The notes below the pieces were generated by a model. It did no database searches and had not been told where the DNA came from. It was given only the letters and a program-made list of their open reading frames with translations. From positions 76,074,001-76,138,000 of the forward strand of contig OZ024746.1 of assembly GCA_964016885.1 (NCBI GenBank): a stretch of 64,000 nucleotides of DNA, written 5' to 3'. This document shows, piece by piece, positions 1 to 14,562 of this stretch. Position 1 is the first letter of the stretch; every line of letters starts with the position of its first letter. The translations under genes and the position numbers were made by a program. The stretch comes from Eledone cirrhosa (Eukaryota).

Positions 1-76
1 TGGGATTTGAACTCAGACGCAGTCAGCCGGAGGTAAATGCCATTTCGCCGGCAATAGGATTGGGGTATTATTGGCG

Positions 77-195
77 TGAGTTCAAATCCCGTCGAGGTTA
101 ACTTTGCTTTTCATTCTTACGGGGTCGATAAAATAAAGTACCAGTAATGCACTGGGTAATTGCTGGCCTTGTGCCAAATGTAGAAACAATTATTA
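77..195 (+). mobile_element. tRNA-type SINE family A, 5'-truncated copy
   Basis: TGAGTTCAAATCCCG box-B-like motif, then ...CTTACGGGGTCGATAAAATAAAGTACCAG...CTTGTGCC..GTAGAAACAATTATT; the same sequence recurs more than 20 times in the window. Confidence 0.85.
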
Positions 196-363
196 ATAAG
201 ACCGACTAGGCTAAAGTCTAGGGGTCCCGTAGGGTCTAGGCATCTCCAATTTTCTTTTTTAATTGTAGTTGGGTGAAAAATGGAAGTGCCAGGGGATATC
301 CGGAATATATGAAAGTCCAGGAGCCCAGTAATGAGTTAATACGACCAAGAATGGGATCAGAAT

Positions 364-415
<52 letters not shown>

Positions 416-429
416 TATATATATAAAGA

Positions 430-510
<81 letters not shown>

Positions 511-560
511 AGGTAGATAGGTAGGCAGGTAGATAAATAAATAGGCATATATATATATAT

Positions 561-1017
561 ATTGTTATACTTTGGGAGGGTCATGCTGCCAATAAAAACA
601 CACGCACCAGTTGGTTTTCACTTTAATCTATTATAAATTTCCGGTTGGTTGGTTGGTTGGTTCGATAACCAGAAGGTTATTTATATATTGTCAAAGCTCT
701 TTCGTCACACATTCTGGCAAACTAAGCACACAACACACAAAACAAGATGGTGTAGGACAGAACAAAGGAGAGACACAAAATAAAAACCTAGTCACTGAGG
801 AGGTCACAGAATGTGTGACGAAAGAGCTTTGACAATATATAAACAACCTTCTGGTTATCGAACCAACCAACCAACCAACCGGAAATTTATAATAGATTAA
901 AGTGAAACCCAACAGATGCGTGTGTTTTTATTGGCAGCATGACCCTCCCAGAATATAACAATGTTTCAACACACGTTTTCAGATAAGAAATCTTGCAAAA
1001 CAAATTAAAAAACGAAG
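561..1017 (+). mobile_element. Penelope-like fold-back element (family A) in (TA)n; inverted arms 561-716 / 807-962 plus 3' tail
   Basis: About 156-bp inverted arms with few mismatches and a ~90-bp spacer; contains a hammerhead; TA runs on both sides; same tail recurs reversed at ~46535-46640. Confidence 0.7.
791..833 (+). ncRNA. minimal type I hammerhead ribozyme
   Basis: gtca-CTGAGGA-g-gtcaca(gaatg)tgtgac-GAAA-gagc-TT^-tgac: stem I gtca/tgac, 6-bp stem II, very short stem III, CUU site. Confidence 0.8.
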
Positions 1018-1029
1018 TATATATGTGTG

Positions 1030-1118
<89 letters not shown>

Positions 1119-1304
1119 ATACACAGATAGATAGACAGACAGATATATACACAGACAGATGGATAGAGGGATAGGTAGAGTTAAGATAAGAGGAGGTATG
1201 TGTGTATGTGTTATTTTGTATTTGCATATATGTAAAAGTGAGCTATTTTCATACAGAGTAAACAAAAGAGGTATGTATGCATGAGTGTATGTATGTACAT
1301 GTAC

Positions 1305-1361
<57 letters not shown>

Positions 1362-1654
1362 TACATATGCTAACGGATATTTGCATATATGCTAAAGTTT
1401 GCTATTTTCGTTTCGTTCAATCTACATAGTTTTTGGGTGACCCTCTGCCGTTTCTAAATGACAGGTGTACGATTAAAGACGCTGCTGAATTCCTCGTTAG
1501 ATACACGTACTAAATGAGGTGCCATATGTCATCTCAAACAACAAACTGTTTAGCAGGGAATCACGAAATAGCCGTCTCGAATGTCACTGTTGTTGTTTAC
1601 CAAATGACCCCCCCCCCCCCCCAACACACACACACATATACACACACACGCACG

Positions 1655-1689
<35 letters not shown>

Positions 1690-1895
1690 GCACGCCCACA
1701 CAAACACACGCACGCCCACACAAACACACGCACACACACATATACACACACACGCACGCCCACACAAACACACGCACACACACGCCCGCCCACACGCACA
1801 CACCGCGCGTACACAAACACACACGTGCGCACACCCACAACACACACTGACATACATACATGGATATATAGATAGAGAGAGTGAAAGAGATATAA

Positions 1896-2004
<109 letters not shown>

Positions 2005-2208
2005 CAATATTCGTTAAAGACATGTGAAGTATTTGTTTCTCTCACTGGTGACAACTGACGACATCTGTTTATTAGACATGATTTTGTAAATCAAAACAGG
2101 TTAAGCTCTACAAACCTTGTCGCCGGCATCATCATCATCATCAGCTCTATGTCCATACCATCATCACTGTCACCATCATCATCATCATCATCAGCTCTAT
2201 GTCCACAC

Positions 2209-2243
<35 letters not shown>

Positions 2244-2382
2244 GTAGTATGATCCTCACTGTCGTAGCCATTTTCTTTTTCCATCTTGTCGTCTTCCTAT
2301 CCCTCTTTCTCTTTCCTTTCCCTCCTATCATCACCACCATCATCATCATCACCATCACCATCATCATCAGCTCTATGTCCAT

Positions 2383-2477
<95 letters not shown>

Positions 2478-2487
2478 TATTATTATT

Positions 2488-2835
2488 AAGGCAAAGTCAA
2501 CCTCGGTGGGATTTGATCTGAGTTCAAATCCCACCGAGGTTGACTTTGCCTTTCATCCTTACGGGGGTCGATCAAATAAAGTACCAGTAATGCACTGGGT
2601 AATTGCTGGCCTTGTGCCTAAAGTAGAAACAATTATTATTATTATTATTACCCAGTGCATTACTGGTACTTTATTTTTATCGACCCCGTAAGGATGAAAG
2701 GCAAAGTCAATCCCGCCGAGGTTGACTTTGCCTTTCACCCTTACGGGGTCGATCAAATGAAGTACCAGTAATGCACTGGGTAATTGCTGGCATTGTGCCT
2801 AAAGTAGAAACAATTATTATTATTATTATTATTAT
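2488..2835. mobile_element. cluster of three SINE-A fragments (+,-,+) with inverted head and (ATT)n tails
   Basis: SINE core at 2518-2640 (+), 2650-2710 (-), 2711-2815 (+); 29-bp fold-back 2488-2516 / 2524-2552. Confidence 0.8.
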
Positions 2836-3199
2836 TAATTGGTTGGATAAATATTTTACTTCAATCGTATCTCATATCTATGTGACATATCTGTATGTGA
2901 TAGTAAATTTCTGTAGGTGAAAACCTATTTTCCATTCCTTTTTCGGTTTCTAATGCAGAATCTGCCTCCCATTGACCTTCAATATTTGAAATTTTATTTT
3001 TATTTCATTTCATTTTATTTTATTTTTTTCCCTTCTTTGAGTTTTTATTTATTATTTGTCTCACTAACTCTTTTTTGATTACCAACTATAAGGAGCACTC
3101 GACACTTCTCCTAGCCTGTCATATACGTAGGTGTATGTATTTCATTCCTGCTACGAATGGATATGTCTCTCTTGTGCACAAGAATAAAACAGTTCATCA

Positions 3200-3475
3200 A
3201 TCATGTTCCCGAAACTGGTGAAGTCAGTCATTGAGGTGCCCCTTGAGAAGTGTTCAGTCACCAGTCGCAAATGGTTTCTATACTCCGTCATGCTTATAAG
3301 TGTCGCGATGTTGTGACATGTCCAGTCCTTGAAGGTGTCAGACAAGGAATTTCTTTGTCTGCCTCTCCTTCGCCCTCCTCCCTCAACTGGGCCCCGAAGG
3401 TTGATCTTAAACTGGGCATCGTGGAAGAATACGTGACCGTACCATGATTAAATTCATCTGTTGTTTTGACAGTCA
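3200..3475 (-). mobile_element. RTE-clade LINE, degenerate 3' end of ORF
   Basis: Minus frame reads WYGHVFFHDAQFKINLRGPVEGGGRRRGRQRNSLSDTFKDWT..., matching the RTE C-terminal pattern WxGHV...G.VEG.RRRGR.R..W.D..K.W; stops lie upstream in frame. Confidence 0.75.
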
Positions 3476-3698
3476 CTGAAACAAAATGTACAAATGGAAA
3501 TAATGAACTGCAAAGATCTGTTATGAAAAGACGTAGTTAATAATTTCACATTATTACCTCCGCTCTGGATAACTAAACATATCCGAACTAACATCCTGTT
3601 ACGTGATACTGTTACTGAAACCTCACGAAGCATGTTTATTCACCACCACCGCCGCCAATACGACTACGACCACCAGGAAGTAAGGAAGTGTGAACGTA

Positions 3699-3779
<81 letters not shown>

Positions 3780-3786
3780 GATAGAC

Positions 3787-3840
<54 letters not shown>

Positions 3841-4475
3841 GGTGTGAGAGTGAACGAAGGAATGAAGTAGACAGATAAATAGAAGGAAAACAAGAGAATG
3901 TTCTGGTGCCAAATTGTCCTCATTAGTCTTTTATCTTCCAGGTTGAACTCACTGATTATTCCCCGTCCGCATGCGTGGACACACTTATACATTTATATAT
4001 ATATACATGAATAATTCCCAACCACATACGTACACAATTTCAAATACACACATACATACATACATGCATGCATGCATGCATACATACATACATACATACA
4101 TACATACATACATACATACATACATACATACATACATTCATATATACATACATACATACATTAATGGAACAGTAAAAATATGTAAAACATTCCAAAGATT
4201 TTGCATGTAATAACTGCATATACACATGCATACATACAACTCAAAACATACACATTCACACATACAATAACATCCATATCTACACATGCATGCATACATA
4301 TATATCTACCTAGTTGATGTTGTGTAAATTCCAATGAGAGAGTCTTGTGTCTATGTTAGAAACCGACCCTCTCTCTATTGGTAAAGCTTTGTGAAATTAT
4401 AAAACCAAAAGAACATACATACATACATACATACATACATACATACATACATACATACATACATACATACATACA

Positions 4476-4506
<31 letters not shown>

Positions 4507-7084
4507 TTCTAAATCTTAGATTTTTTGTGATGTTCTTTGCTCTCTAAAAAGTGTGTCTAATAATACTGGATCTATGTACTAAATCAATATGATGGTTTCC
4601 TTGGAAGAATAACAGTGAAACAAATCCTTCTTTAGTTATTTAGAAACCCAGAACGAAACACTGAACCCTTTCATTGATATATTTCTACTAAAAACCACAA
4701 TATGTAATCTTCAAATAATCAAAAAAATTGAAGGATGTAGTAACATCACAAATTTTCTCATGTAGATTTTAGATAACTATAAACACTTTTAATAAATAGT
4801 TTTGTATCAAAGAATCAGGGTCGGTTCCGTGCGGTTTGGTATTAGAAAGGTTAGAAATTATTTATTATAGAAATTATTAAAACCATTATCAACTGCTTTA
4901 GAGTTGACCTAAAGCTAAGCATCATCAACATCATTATAGTCATGTTATGTCGTGTAAATTAACGAATCATTAACCTACCTAGCAGGTGTACGCTTGGCCT
5001 CTTTGGTTTAAGAAGTACATTTCGGAACCACGTGATTCCGATTTCGATCCTAACAGTGCAGCAAGACGGCAAAGTATCTTCTACTGCTTGTAAAACAACA
5101 ACCCGCTAATCACGTGCAGCTCTTTGATATTTAATGCGCGGCTCGTGGAAATACGTTGGCTGAGACACCCCCCCCCCCTTCTATATTTTTTTAATCACAG
5201 TTAATATAAAAGGCAAATAAAAAGAATTTCAAGGTTTATAATTATTTACTGGGTACGAACTGAGATTTCACTGGATTAAAACTTAAGTTCAATGTTCATG
5301 GATAGTAAAAAAAAAATATATATATAGGAATTTAAATCTTAATATCAATGCTAGCTCTGAACAAGGCTTTGTGGGAGGTCGAGGGATTAAATGAATTCTA
5401 GTTCAGCAAGGATTACAAGGAATGTGAGAGGACTGAAGACATGGGTAGGGAGTTTAAAGATTTGTATGTACTGTGGAGTGAGAGTAGTCACAGGTAGCTT
5501 AATTAGTTCAATTCGGCCTTACTTTGTGTACATGAAAGTAATGTAACACTAAACGCCGAAAAAAAAAAAAAAATACCAGCAGTAAGTTTTGATGAGTTAA
5601 AATCACTAGCGGTGTTAAAATTGCTACCGGAGTTTAAATTGTATCTTAGGCTTTAATATTTCAATTCTTTTGGTTCAATGAAAAATTGAAAAAGAATTCA
5701 GTAGATTTTGTCGAGTTAAAAGTGTTACGTACACTTATATATTAATTATATATAAATACTAATATATATATACTGTATATACTAATATATACTAATTATT
5801 ATATATTAAAACGTCGGCTAGAATGCTTTGTCGTATTCGTTCTGGCTCTCAACACTCCAAGTTCAAAACTCTTTCATCTTTGCGAGATCGATAAATAAAG
5901 TATCCGTCCAGCACTGGGGTCAATTCTTCCTCTATATCTCTTTCTTACGTCCTCTCCCCGCCCCTCTCTCTTTCGCTATATTGCTTTTCTCTGGAAGGAA
6001 TTGGCTGTTTTCAGACCTGAAGATGTATATCATTATGGTGCTCATACGATTCAATCAAGAATTAAAGGCACGAGCATGTCAATTATGTATTAAATTCTGA
6101 ACTAAGCAGCTGAGGTATGCTATAAAATAGTATCTGAACAGAAGCAGTACAGAGTTTTACGGAAGTTGCGAGAAATATGTATGTAAAAACACACACTTAT
6201 AGATGTAAACATGCAAATATATCTTACACATTTTTACGTAGACTGAGAAAAGAAAAACTTGACCTGGTTTCGTTTATTGTGCCTCTCCCCCTCCCCCGAA
6301 ACTGTCTACATCTCTTTTATAAACGCGAACTAGATGTACCAATTTATATATTATCAGTACTTACGGTGGTAACTAATTATTATGCACTTCATGTAACAGT
6401 TTGGCTATTTACAATTTATTTTCAGCTTGTCAACTACATACAGCCACTGATTTAATGGGGAGTCTCTACATAGTCGTTAGATTTGTTAGAAACAGCAGCT
6501 AGTTCCTTTAATCATACCCACCGTTAAAAAGAAGACACGTTAGATAATGTGACCTTCGGTTACTTGCACATACCAAAACGACGGGGTAGTCACGACTGGA
6601 ATGTCTTTAATCGTAGATGTTTGTAGTGAGTAGCGCTCATCAGAGGCGAAACAAATGCTGATGTTATACTAAATAAACTTGTCAATGTTGCAATGAAGGA
6701 CCTCCGTCGTTTCCGAGTGCTCTATTTGGTATAATCAACGGAAATATAAGTGTCTGAGCACTCCACAGTCACGTGCACCCTTAACATAGTTCTGGGGGAG
6801 ATTCAGTGTGATACAGTATGTGACAGGGCTGATCTCTTGAATTATAGGTACAGCTCATTTTTGACAGCTGAGTGGACTGAAGCAACGTGAAAAAAAGCAT
6901 CTTGCTAAAGGATACAACACACCACCCAGTCCAAGAATCGAAATGATGACCTTACAGTTGGGAGCTGACCCCCACCTAACCAATAAGCCACGCGCCTTCA
7001 TATAAGTGTAGCAACAGAGTATCTGCAATGGGGGGAGGGATCGAATTGCATTATTATTCATCGTGAATACCTACTAGCTAGATA

Positions 7085-7830
7085 CTTCAAATATGAGGAT
7101 GCTCTGAAATTTGTCCTTAAAACTGTCAATTTCATGCATTTAAACTGGAAGAATCTGGCCATCTAGATCGGTTGGTTAGAACATCATGCTAATAACACAT
7201 TTAAATTGGATTCACCAGCATTTCAGAAGTGTTATTGAAGAATCGGATCTTGAAGATAAACCCAATGGTGTTCCTTTCTACAACATTGTGAGGTGGTTGT
7301 CGACCAGCAATATCTTAAGTAAGTTTGATGATCTGCTGGAGTCTGTTATTACTTTACTTAAAAAAAAAAAAAGAAAAGATCATATCCTCAACTGGAAAAT
7401 GATGAACCATACAAGAACTGATGTTTCTTACTGATTTAATAAATTATCTATGAACTCTGAACTTGGCACTTCAGGGTAAGGATATGATTCTTTCTGATCT
7501 TACTTAAACAATCTTCAGCTTTTAGAATAAAATAAGAGTTTTTTTTTTGTTTTTTTTTTAAAATAGACGTATAAAGAAATTTCAGTCCCTTTCCCAATCT
7601 CAATAGTAAAGTAAACACATTCCCTGATATTGGAATGAAAGACTACACTTTGGAAGAATGCAAAGATAAATTGTAAGGACTGCTTTATAAATTCCGAACC
7701 AGGTTTCATGAGTTGTAGAAAACTGAGCACTGAATCGCTTTACTGCAAATGTTAATGTAGTCGAAGGTGGTTGTCCAAATCTTAATCCTCTGTTTCTAGA
7801 ATCATCTGCTGTGGACATTTAAAACTTGGC
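7085..7830 (+). mobile_element. hAT transposase remnant (GTF2IRD2/Buster/SPIN-like)
   Basis: HQHFRSVIEE...FYNIVRWLS..ILSKF, then after a frameshift LMFLTDL...LNLALQGK; interrupted by stops. Confidence 0.75.
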
Positions 7831-9389
7831 GGAGCCCATCCCTATCCATCTTGGAACACAGCCGATTTCTTCCAGAGAAATTTGGAGGGATTTAACGAAC
7901 ATTCTGATTATTAAGTTGGTGTTCGAAACATAACTTAACAAAGTTTCTTACATAAAATTATGATTGAAGATTCTTAGATAAATATAAGTACTTTAAAACA
8001 AAACCAGTGGGTGGTTTCAGGTGGTTTGGTAACAAAAGGGGTAATTGTATGTCTGTTTACCGTAAAAGTGTATCTCGCTGAGGTCGATATGTTATATACC
8101 AGTAATATACTAAGCTTTGTTCAGTTGATTCCGCCACTTCTTCCATACAAATATTCGGCACTGTGCCAAAGTTAGACATTAATGTTATATAACTTGTTGT
8201 TTATTGCTGAATAAAACTTATATATTTGATGTCTTGCATATGTTGTTCCACAAGAAAACAAACAAAACCTATTATATATATTTACTACAGCATTGAGGTT
8301 ACACACACACGTAGTTTCTAACATCTATAATTATTTATATACATATTAACTGTATTTAGAGTACTTCCGGTTTACTATAATAAATTAATTTAGGAATCTG
8401 TTACACCCTCCATCTCTCTCCGTCTCATCTCATAGTTTCGACTTCAAGCTGTGTTTATCACAGTTTTTTTTCTCCTTTTTGTCTATTTACCTGTTAGTCC
8501 TCCATTCCCATTCCTGTCCCTCTCTATCCTCCGCACGAACAAACACACACACACACACACAGGTACACACACACACACACACACACACGTATATATATAT
8601 ACACACACATACAAACAGACACACTTATACACACAAATAAAAGTGAACGTGCTTCTCTGAATATGTATGCATATAGATATACAGAAGATACATTTTATTA
8701 TCAATGAATGGATTTATAAAAGGAATTTATTTGTGTGGGAGGAAGGGGGTACCCCCCCCCCCAATATAAATTTGCTCATCTATGCAGACATGTATGTATT
8801 AACTTAAGCACACATATGAGCGTGTGTTAGTGTGCATAAATATTCGTATGTGTCTACGTATATATGTATGTTCTGATTATATTTTTCAAATTTCCCTTCA
8901 AAATATCGACTAGGTCATTGATCCCCTAATTTTTAGACGATTGACCCCTTCAAAAAATCCTTAATCACTCCCATCGACCCCAGAAATCAGTAAAATTGTT
9001 CGCTTCTATTCTATCTGCATTTGACTTCTACACCCCACTCCCACCCCCTCCCTCCTCCTTCTTCTTCTTCTTCTTCTTCTTCTCAGATGTAGTCTATCGT
9101 ATCAACACAACGTTTAACAAGTTTCTACTGTTATAGCTTCTGCTCTGTTGCTATCAAACAAATTGCTTATCTTTAACCGCCCTACTTAAAAACATACATT
9201 TTACCTTTGACCTCATCTGCTTTTAAACCGAACAAACACGAGGAAATATCTACGCGGCCTGTTAAAAATAGAAGCCAAATTTTTTCAAAGCATTCATTAC
9301 GGTCAAAATTATTTCATATATGTTTCAGTGTTACCCTGTATGGGTATGTGTGGATTTTTTTAAAATACATAAAATATTGATTTTTAACT

Positions 9390-10820
9390 TAGGGTCAAGG
9401 CCAGCAAATTTTTGGGAAAAGGGGCAAAGTTGATTAAATCAACCTCAGTACTTGATTGGTACGTTATTTTATCAAGGGTAAAAAGCAAGGTTGACTGTCC
9501 GACGGTCCACCATTTCTGCCAGTCTACCACACTTTAAAACCATTGCATAATAAAAGCCTACATTGACCAATGTAAATCGGATGTAAATTATGGAAGTATT
9601 TCGGAGATGTTGGTAAGCACCGTGGAACCGGAAATAATCTGTCGACCAGCATGATTGACATCCGGTTTCCATTATTAGTTAAATGTAGGGTGATAGACTA
9701 GCAGAATCGTTAAAGCGTCTGGCATAATGTTTTGTAGCGTTAAGTATCCAAGTAGGCCACGGTGGAATTTGTACTCAGAACACAAAAAGCCGGTGCAAAT
9801 ACTGCAAGGCATCCTATCAGACACCTTAACGACTCTCGCCAGTCATCCCACATTGACTGGTATTCAATTTATCAACCTTAAAACCCGGAAGGATGAAGGG
9901 CAAAGTTGACCTCAGCAGAATTTGAACTCAGAACACAGGAAGCCGGATTAAATGCAACAAAGCATTTTGTCATACTCCAACGAGTCTGTCAATTTGTCAC
10001 CTTAGTTGAATGATGTGAATATTAATTTTTAATTTAGGCACAAGGTCAACAATTTTTGAGGAGTGGGATAAGTCAATTATATCTTTTCCATTATTTGACA
10101 GTTACATTATTTTATCGACCCGGAAGGATGAAAGATAATGTTAACTTCTGCGGGATTTGAACCCAGAAAGAAAAGAGCAAATTCCGTAAGGAATTTTGTC
10201 CGACGCTCTAACAATTTTGCTAATCTACTAATGATAATTGCCCCTAGACCAACAACTTGAAGGGAAGAGGAAATCAATTCAATCGAGACTAGTGCGTTAC
10301 TGTCACTTTACTTTATCGACGCCGTACGGTAAAGCTGCAGGATTTGAACTCAGAACATAAAGAGACGTAATTATATGCCACAAAGTATGTTGTTTGACGC
10401 TCTACCGATATTGCCAATACACCGCCTTCCTCAATTCACTATGGCAAGGCCAGCAATTTTGGGGGAGCGGACAGTCGATTAAATCGACCCCAATGCGTGA
10501 CTGGTACTTTATTTTATCGACCCCATAAAGATGAAAGGCAAGTTAACCTCGGCGGGATTTGAACTCAGATCATAAAGGGCCGTAACTCTATGCTGCAAAG
10601 CATGGCGTCCGACCCTCTACCGATACTGCCAGTAATTGTTTCTACTATTGGCAAACGCAAACTTTGGGGGAAAGAGGGAAGTTGACTATACTGATCCCAA
10701 TACTTGACAGAGCCTTTATTTTATTGCACTTGGAAGGATGAAAGGAAAAGTTGACCTCGGCGTTATTCGGAACAAATAGTATTAAATATTTGTCCGACGC
10801 TCTCACGATTCCGCCAATTC
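9390..10820 (-). mobile_element. run of ~7 diverged SINE-A copies, same orientation
   Basis: Repeated TTTATCGACC..GGATGAAAGGCAAAGTTGACC..GGATTTGAACTCAGA blocks spaced roughly 200 bp apart. Confidence 0.8.
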
Positions 10821-11669
10821 CCCACTCTTAAATACGCGAATAACGACTTTGAGTAAAGCATGAACGTTACACAATTGCATCGCCATGTCTAGTAAACATG
10901 TTGCTGTTCTGTGTTGTAATCAGACACTAATAAATAATACATTTGAATTCAAACAGCAACAATTAATTTTTGAAGTTATATTTAAAACTTAATTACAAAT
11001 TTCTAATTAATTTTCATTTAATTTAAGGAGGTTAATGAACTCAGTATAATAATGGCAATTTTTTTTTCTTTCTTGAACTTAGATTCCACATTTAGAAATT
11101 ATTTTGTTATTATTGCGGGTAGTAGCTCACTACATTTATTATACACTATAGCAGCCAGGGAGATAGAAAAATGTGGTGGTGAGGGTATAGGTGAGGGTAT
11201 AAATAAAAAAAAAAAAAAAAGGAAGTGGGAAAAGGGAGGGGGAAAAGGGAGGGGGAAAAGCGCTGCAGCAGAGAATAGGCAGCAATAATCGCTGGTGAAT
11301 CAGTCATTCCACTTCACGGGGCTCCTCCCTCAAGCGAGTTGCCCTCTTGCCGATTTTTGCAGAGGAAAACGGCAGATTAAGAAGCGAGGACACCGGAGGT
11401 TTCGGTGGCAACCGACACGCCAAAAAAAAAAAAAAAAAATGGTCAGTACTGGGAGTGCTGAGAGACTCAAGTGGCAAGAGAGGAAAGCAACAAAGAATAC
11501 AAATTTGTACCTGCTCGTACACCCTCTCCTCTTCCCCCTTTATTTCGTTGCTTAATAATCCTTGTTCTTGTCCTTCTTTTTCTCTCATAGCGTTTATAGT
11601 CCTTTCTAATACTCTTTTCTTCTTCTATGTTTGTACCTTTGTTAAGTTATACTCCCAAACCAGTTTAAT

Positions 11670-11880
11670 AATGATTTCTAATTTTTGCACAAGGCCACCA
11701 GTTTGAGAAGAAGAGAAATCGTTTATATCGACCCCAGCACTTGACTGGTACTTTATTTTAACGACACCGAAAAGATGAAAGGCAAATTTGACCTCAGCGC
11801 GATTTGAACTCAGAACGTAAAGAGCCAGAGTAAATGTCGCCAATTTTTTCTTCCGGCGTCCTAAACAATTCTGTTAAACC
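11670..11880 (-). mobile_element. SINE-A
   Basis: SINE core in reverse orientation. Confidence 0.8.
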
Positions 11881-12300
11881 ACAACCGTCACTAGCTTGAT
11901 AATTCTGGATAATATTCAAAATTATTTGAAAATTATAGGCAGTGTTTTTCATTAGAAATATGGAAAGGAAAGGGTTATTAAACTTCTAGATGTTACTCAT
12001 CATTATAATAAACTCTCCGTTCGGCTTTCCTTGACCAGGAAACTAAAGCGAGAAATATTGCAAACGGAATAGTGTTATGTTTGTTTTTAGCGAATAGCGA
12101 GCAGTTAGCGGTGATAATATTATATTTCATCGTCTTGTCTTTTTCTCTACTAGCATTGTGATTGCCACTTCAGCGACACCTGTTATTTGTTTTGTTTACA
12201 AACAAAAACCAACAAAGAAAAGTGAACTTCTCTCTCCCATCACACACTTTCCATTCGTATACACATACACACACACACGCACGCACACACACACATACAT

Positions 12301-12333
<33 letters not shown>

Positions 12334-12415
12334 CAGGGTGTCCCTCTCAAAATGTATACACATATATTTATTAGAGGGTTGTTGAAGTGTGTATACATTC
12401 TTTTGGGACACCCCG
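12334..12415. mobile_element. 82-bp Tc1/mariner-type MITE
   Basis: TIRs CAGGGTGTCCC...AATGTATACACA / TGTGTATACATT...GGGACACCCCG, flanked by TA. Confidence 0.7.
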
Positions 12416-12477
12416 TATACACACACACACACACACACAGATATATATGTGTGTATGTATATATATTTATTGTGTGA

Positions 12478-12605
12478 CTGAGTGTGGCTAAGTGGTTAGA
12501 TAATTGGATTCGCAATCGTAAGGTTGTGAGTTCGATTCCTGGACCAGACGATGCGTTTTGTCCTTGAGCAAGACACTTTATTTCACGTTGCTCCTTCTAC
12601 CTGGA
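12478..12605 (+). mobile_element. tRNA-type SINE family B head
   Basis: GTGGCTAAGTGGTTAG (box A), GAGTTCGATTCC (box B), GTCCTTGAGCAAGACACTTTATTTCACGTTGCTCC; relatives at ~26190, 34775, 37600-37835(-), 48935, 53485. Confidence 0.75.
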
Positions 12606-12748
12606 GTTGCGACCGATAGATAGTATTAGCAATTGGAAAGACCAACGGAAACATTGTTTCCTCGGTCCGATTTGACGAAAGTCGATCGTTCCTTTTTTTT
12701 TTTATATATATATATATGTATATATATACACACACACATTTATATATA

Positions 12749-12789
<41 letters not shown>

Positions 12790-13140
12790 TATATATATAT
12801 GCATGTTTGTATAATCCATAAATATATTAATTAATAACGGGGGAGGGGGGCGGAGATAGGATAGAGAAGGGAAAAAAGATCAAAGGGAAAGAGAAAAGAG
12901 TGGGGAGAGAGACAAGTAAAGATAGAGAGGAAAAGGGCAATGAGAATTTTGTAGTGTGAGAGAATAATATTAATAATAATGGCGATTGAGAACGAGAGAC
13001 CGTGGAAAATAATAAGAAAGACATGTTAGAGACATTAAGAGAAGAAAAATATCCAGAACTAGAAAATGAGAGAGAGTGAAAGAGAGACTAGGACTTATTT
13101 AGCAAGAGAGAGAGAGGGGGGAGAAAGAGAGAGAGAGAGA

Positions 13141-13198
<58 letters not shown>

Positions 13199-13311
13199 GC
13201 GTGTGTGAATGTGTTCAATAGCAGCCTTCATGTGAGTAAGCTGAAAAATAATATAGTAAAGACGTTTTTTTTTTTCTAGTTGCATGTGTATATGTATTCT
13301 TATGAAGTCTT

Positions 13312-13350
<39 letters not shown>

Positions 13351-13621
13351 TTTATATATATATATATAAAATGATACGAAACGAAAGAAGCTGTGTGGTT
13401 ACTAAAAACAAGGTTTAGGCCAGGAGGAAAAGGGGAGAGAAAAAGAAGGGAAAAGGGAGAAAAAAAAGAGATAGGAAATAAAGGGAAAGAGGAAGAACAG
13501 AGGGGGGGGGGGGAGATAGGAAGAAAGGGAGAAGGGAAAAAAGGAAAAAAAATAGGAGAAAAAAGGTGAACAGGTCCCATATATATATATATATATATAT
13601 ATACGATATATATATATACGA

Positions 13622-13691
<70 letters not shown>

Positions 13692-14384
13692 TACGATATA
13701 TGTATATATATATATATATAGAGATATAGATATATATATATGTATATATATACGATATATATTTCAACACTTTATTTATATATTTATTTATTCCGGAATA
13801 GACACATATATTATATACATATAAACACACACAGACACACACACATATATCTATATACATATATCATTTATATATATATATATAAATGAAAAATATAAAT
13901 ATATATAAATGATATATGTATATAATATATGTGTGTGTGTGTTTATATGTATATAATATATGTGTGTGTACTCCGGAATAAATAAATATATAAATAAAGT
14001 GTTGAAATTATATTGATAAACTTTGAACTAATTTTGATATTTTACTTTATCTTTTTTATCTTATTTCTCTCTATTTGGTTTTAGTTTTCCACCAGCAGAC
14101 GGTCGTTGCTATCTTAGAACTCCGTACCCCGATTGGATAGGAATTCGGTATCCGGTACATTTATGAATAAACCTGCATCATGTATTGATTTATTAGCAAT
14201 AAAGGTACAGAATCTATCTATTTACGGTGTGTTTGTTGTTAAATCTGAGATATGTAACCTATAAAATAGCCAACCAACAATGACGGAGGTTTCTATACAG
14301 TCGTTCGACCTACTCGAATTAGCAGTCAAATTTTCTTCGAATTGATCCCTTTTTCTCCACAGAGAGAACTATTTCTGATACAGT

Positions 14385-14562
14385 ATTGGCAATTTTGTGG
14401 GCTGGGTAGGAAAGTCGATTAAATTGATCCCCAGTATTTTACTGGTACTATATTTTATAGATCCCGGAAGGATGAAAGGCAAAATTGATCTTGGCGGGAT
14501 TTGAACTCAGAACGTGCAAAGTGATTTATCCAATGCTCTAACGATTCCGCTAATCCACCACC
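14385..14562 (-). mobile_element. SINE-A
   Basis: SINE core in reverse orientation. Confidence 0.8.

Noticed and set aside
3294-3476. Apparent terminal exon after a TTTTGTTTCAG acceptor on the minus strand
   Set aside because: An alternative frame matches an RTE LINE C-terminus; exonisation cannot be shown without transcripts
12478-12545. Additional tRNA genes from box A/B motifs
   Set aside because: Acceptor stems are not closed and each continues into a SINE body
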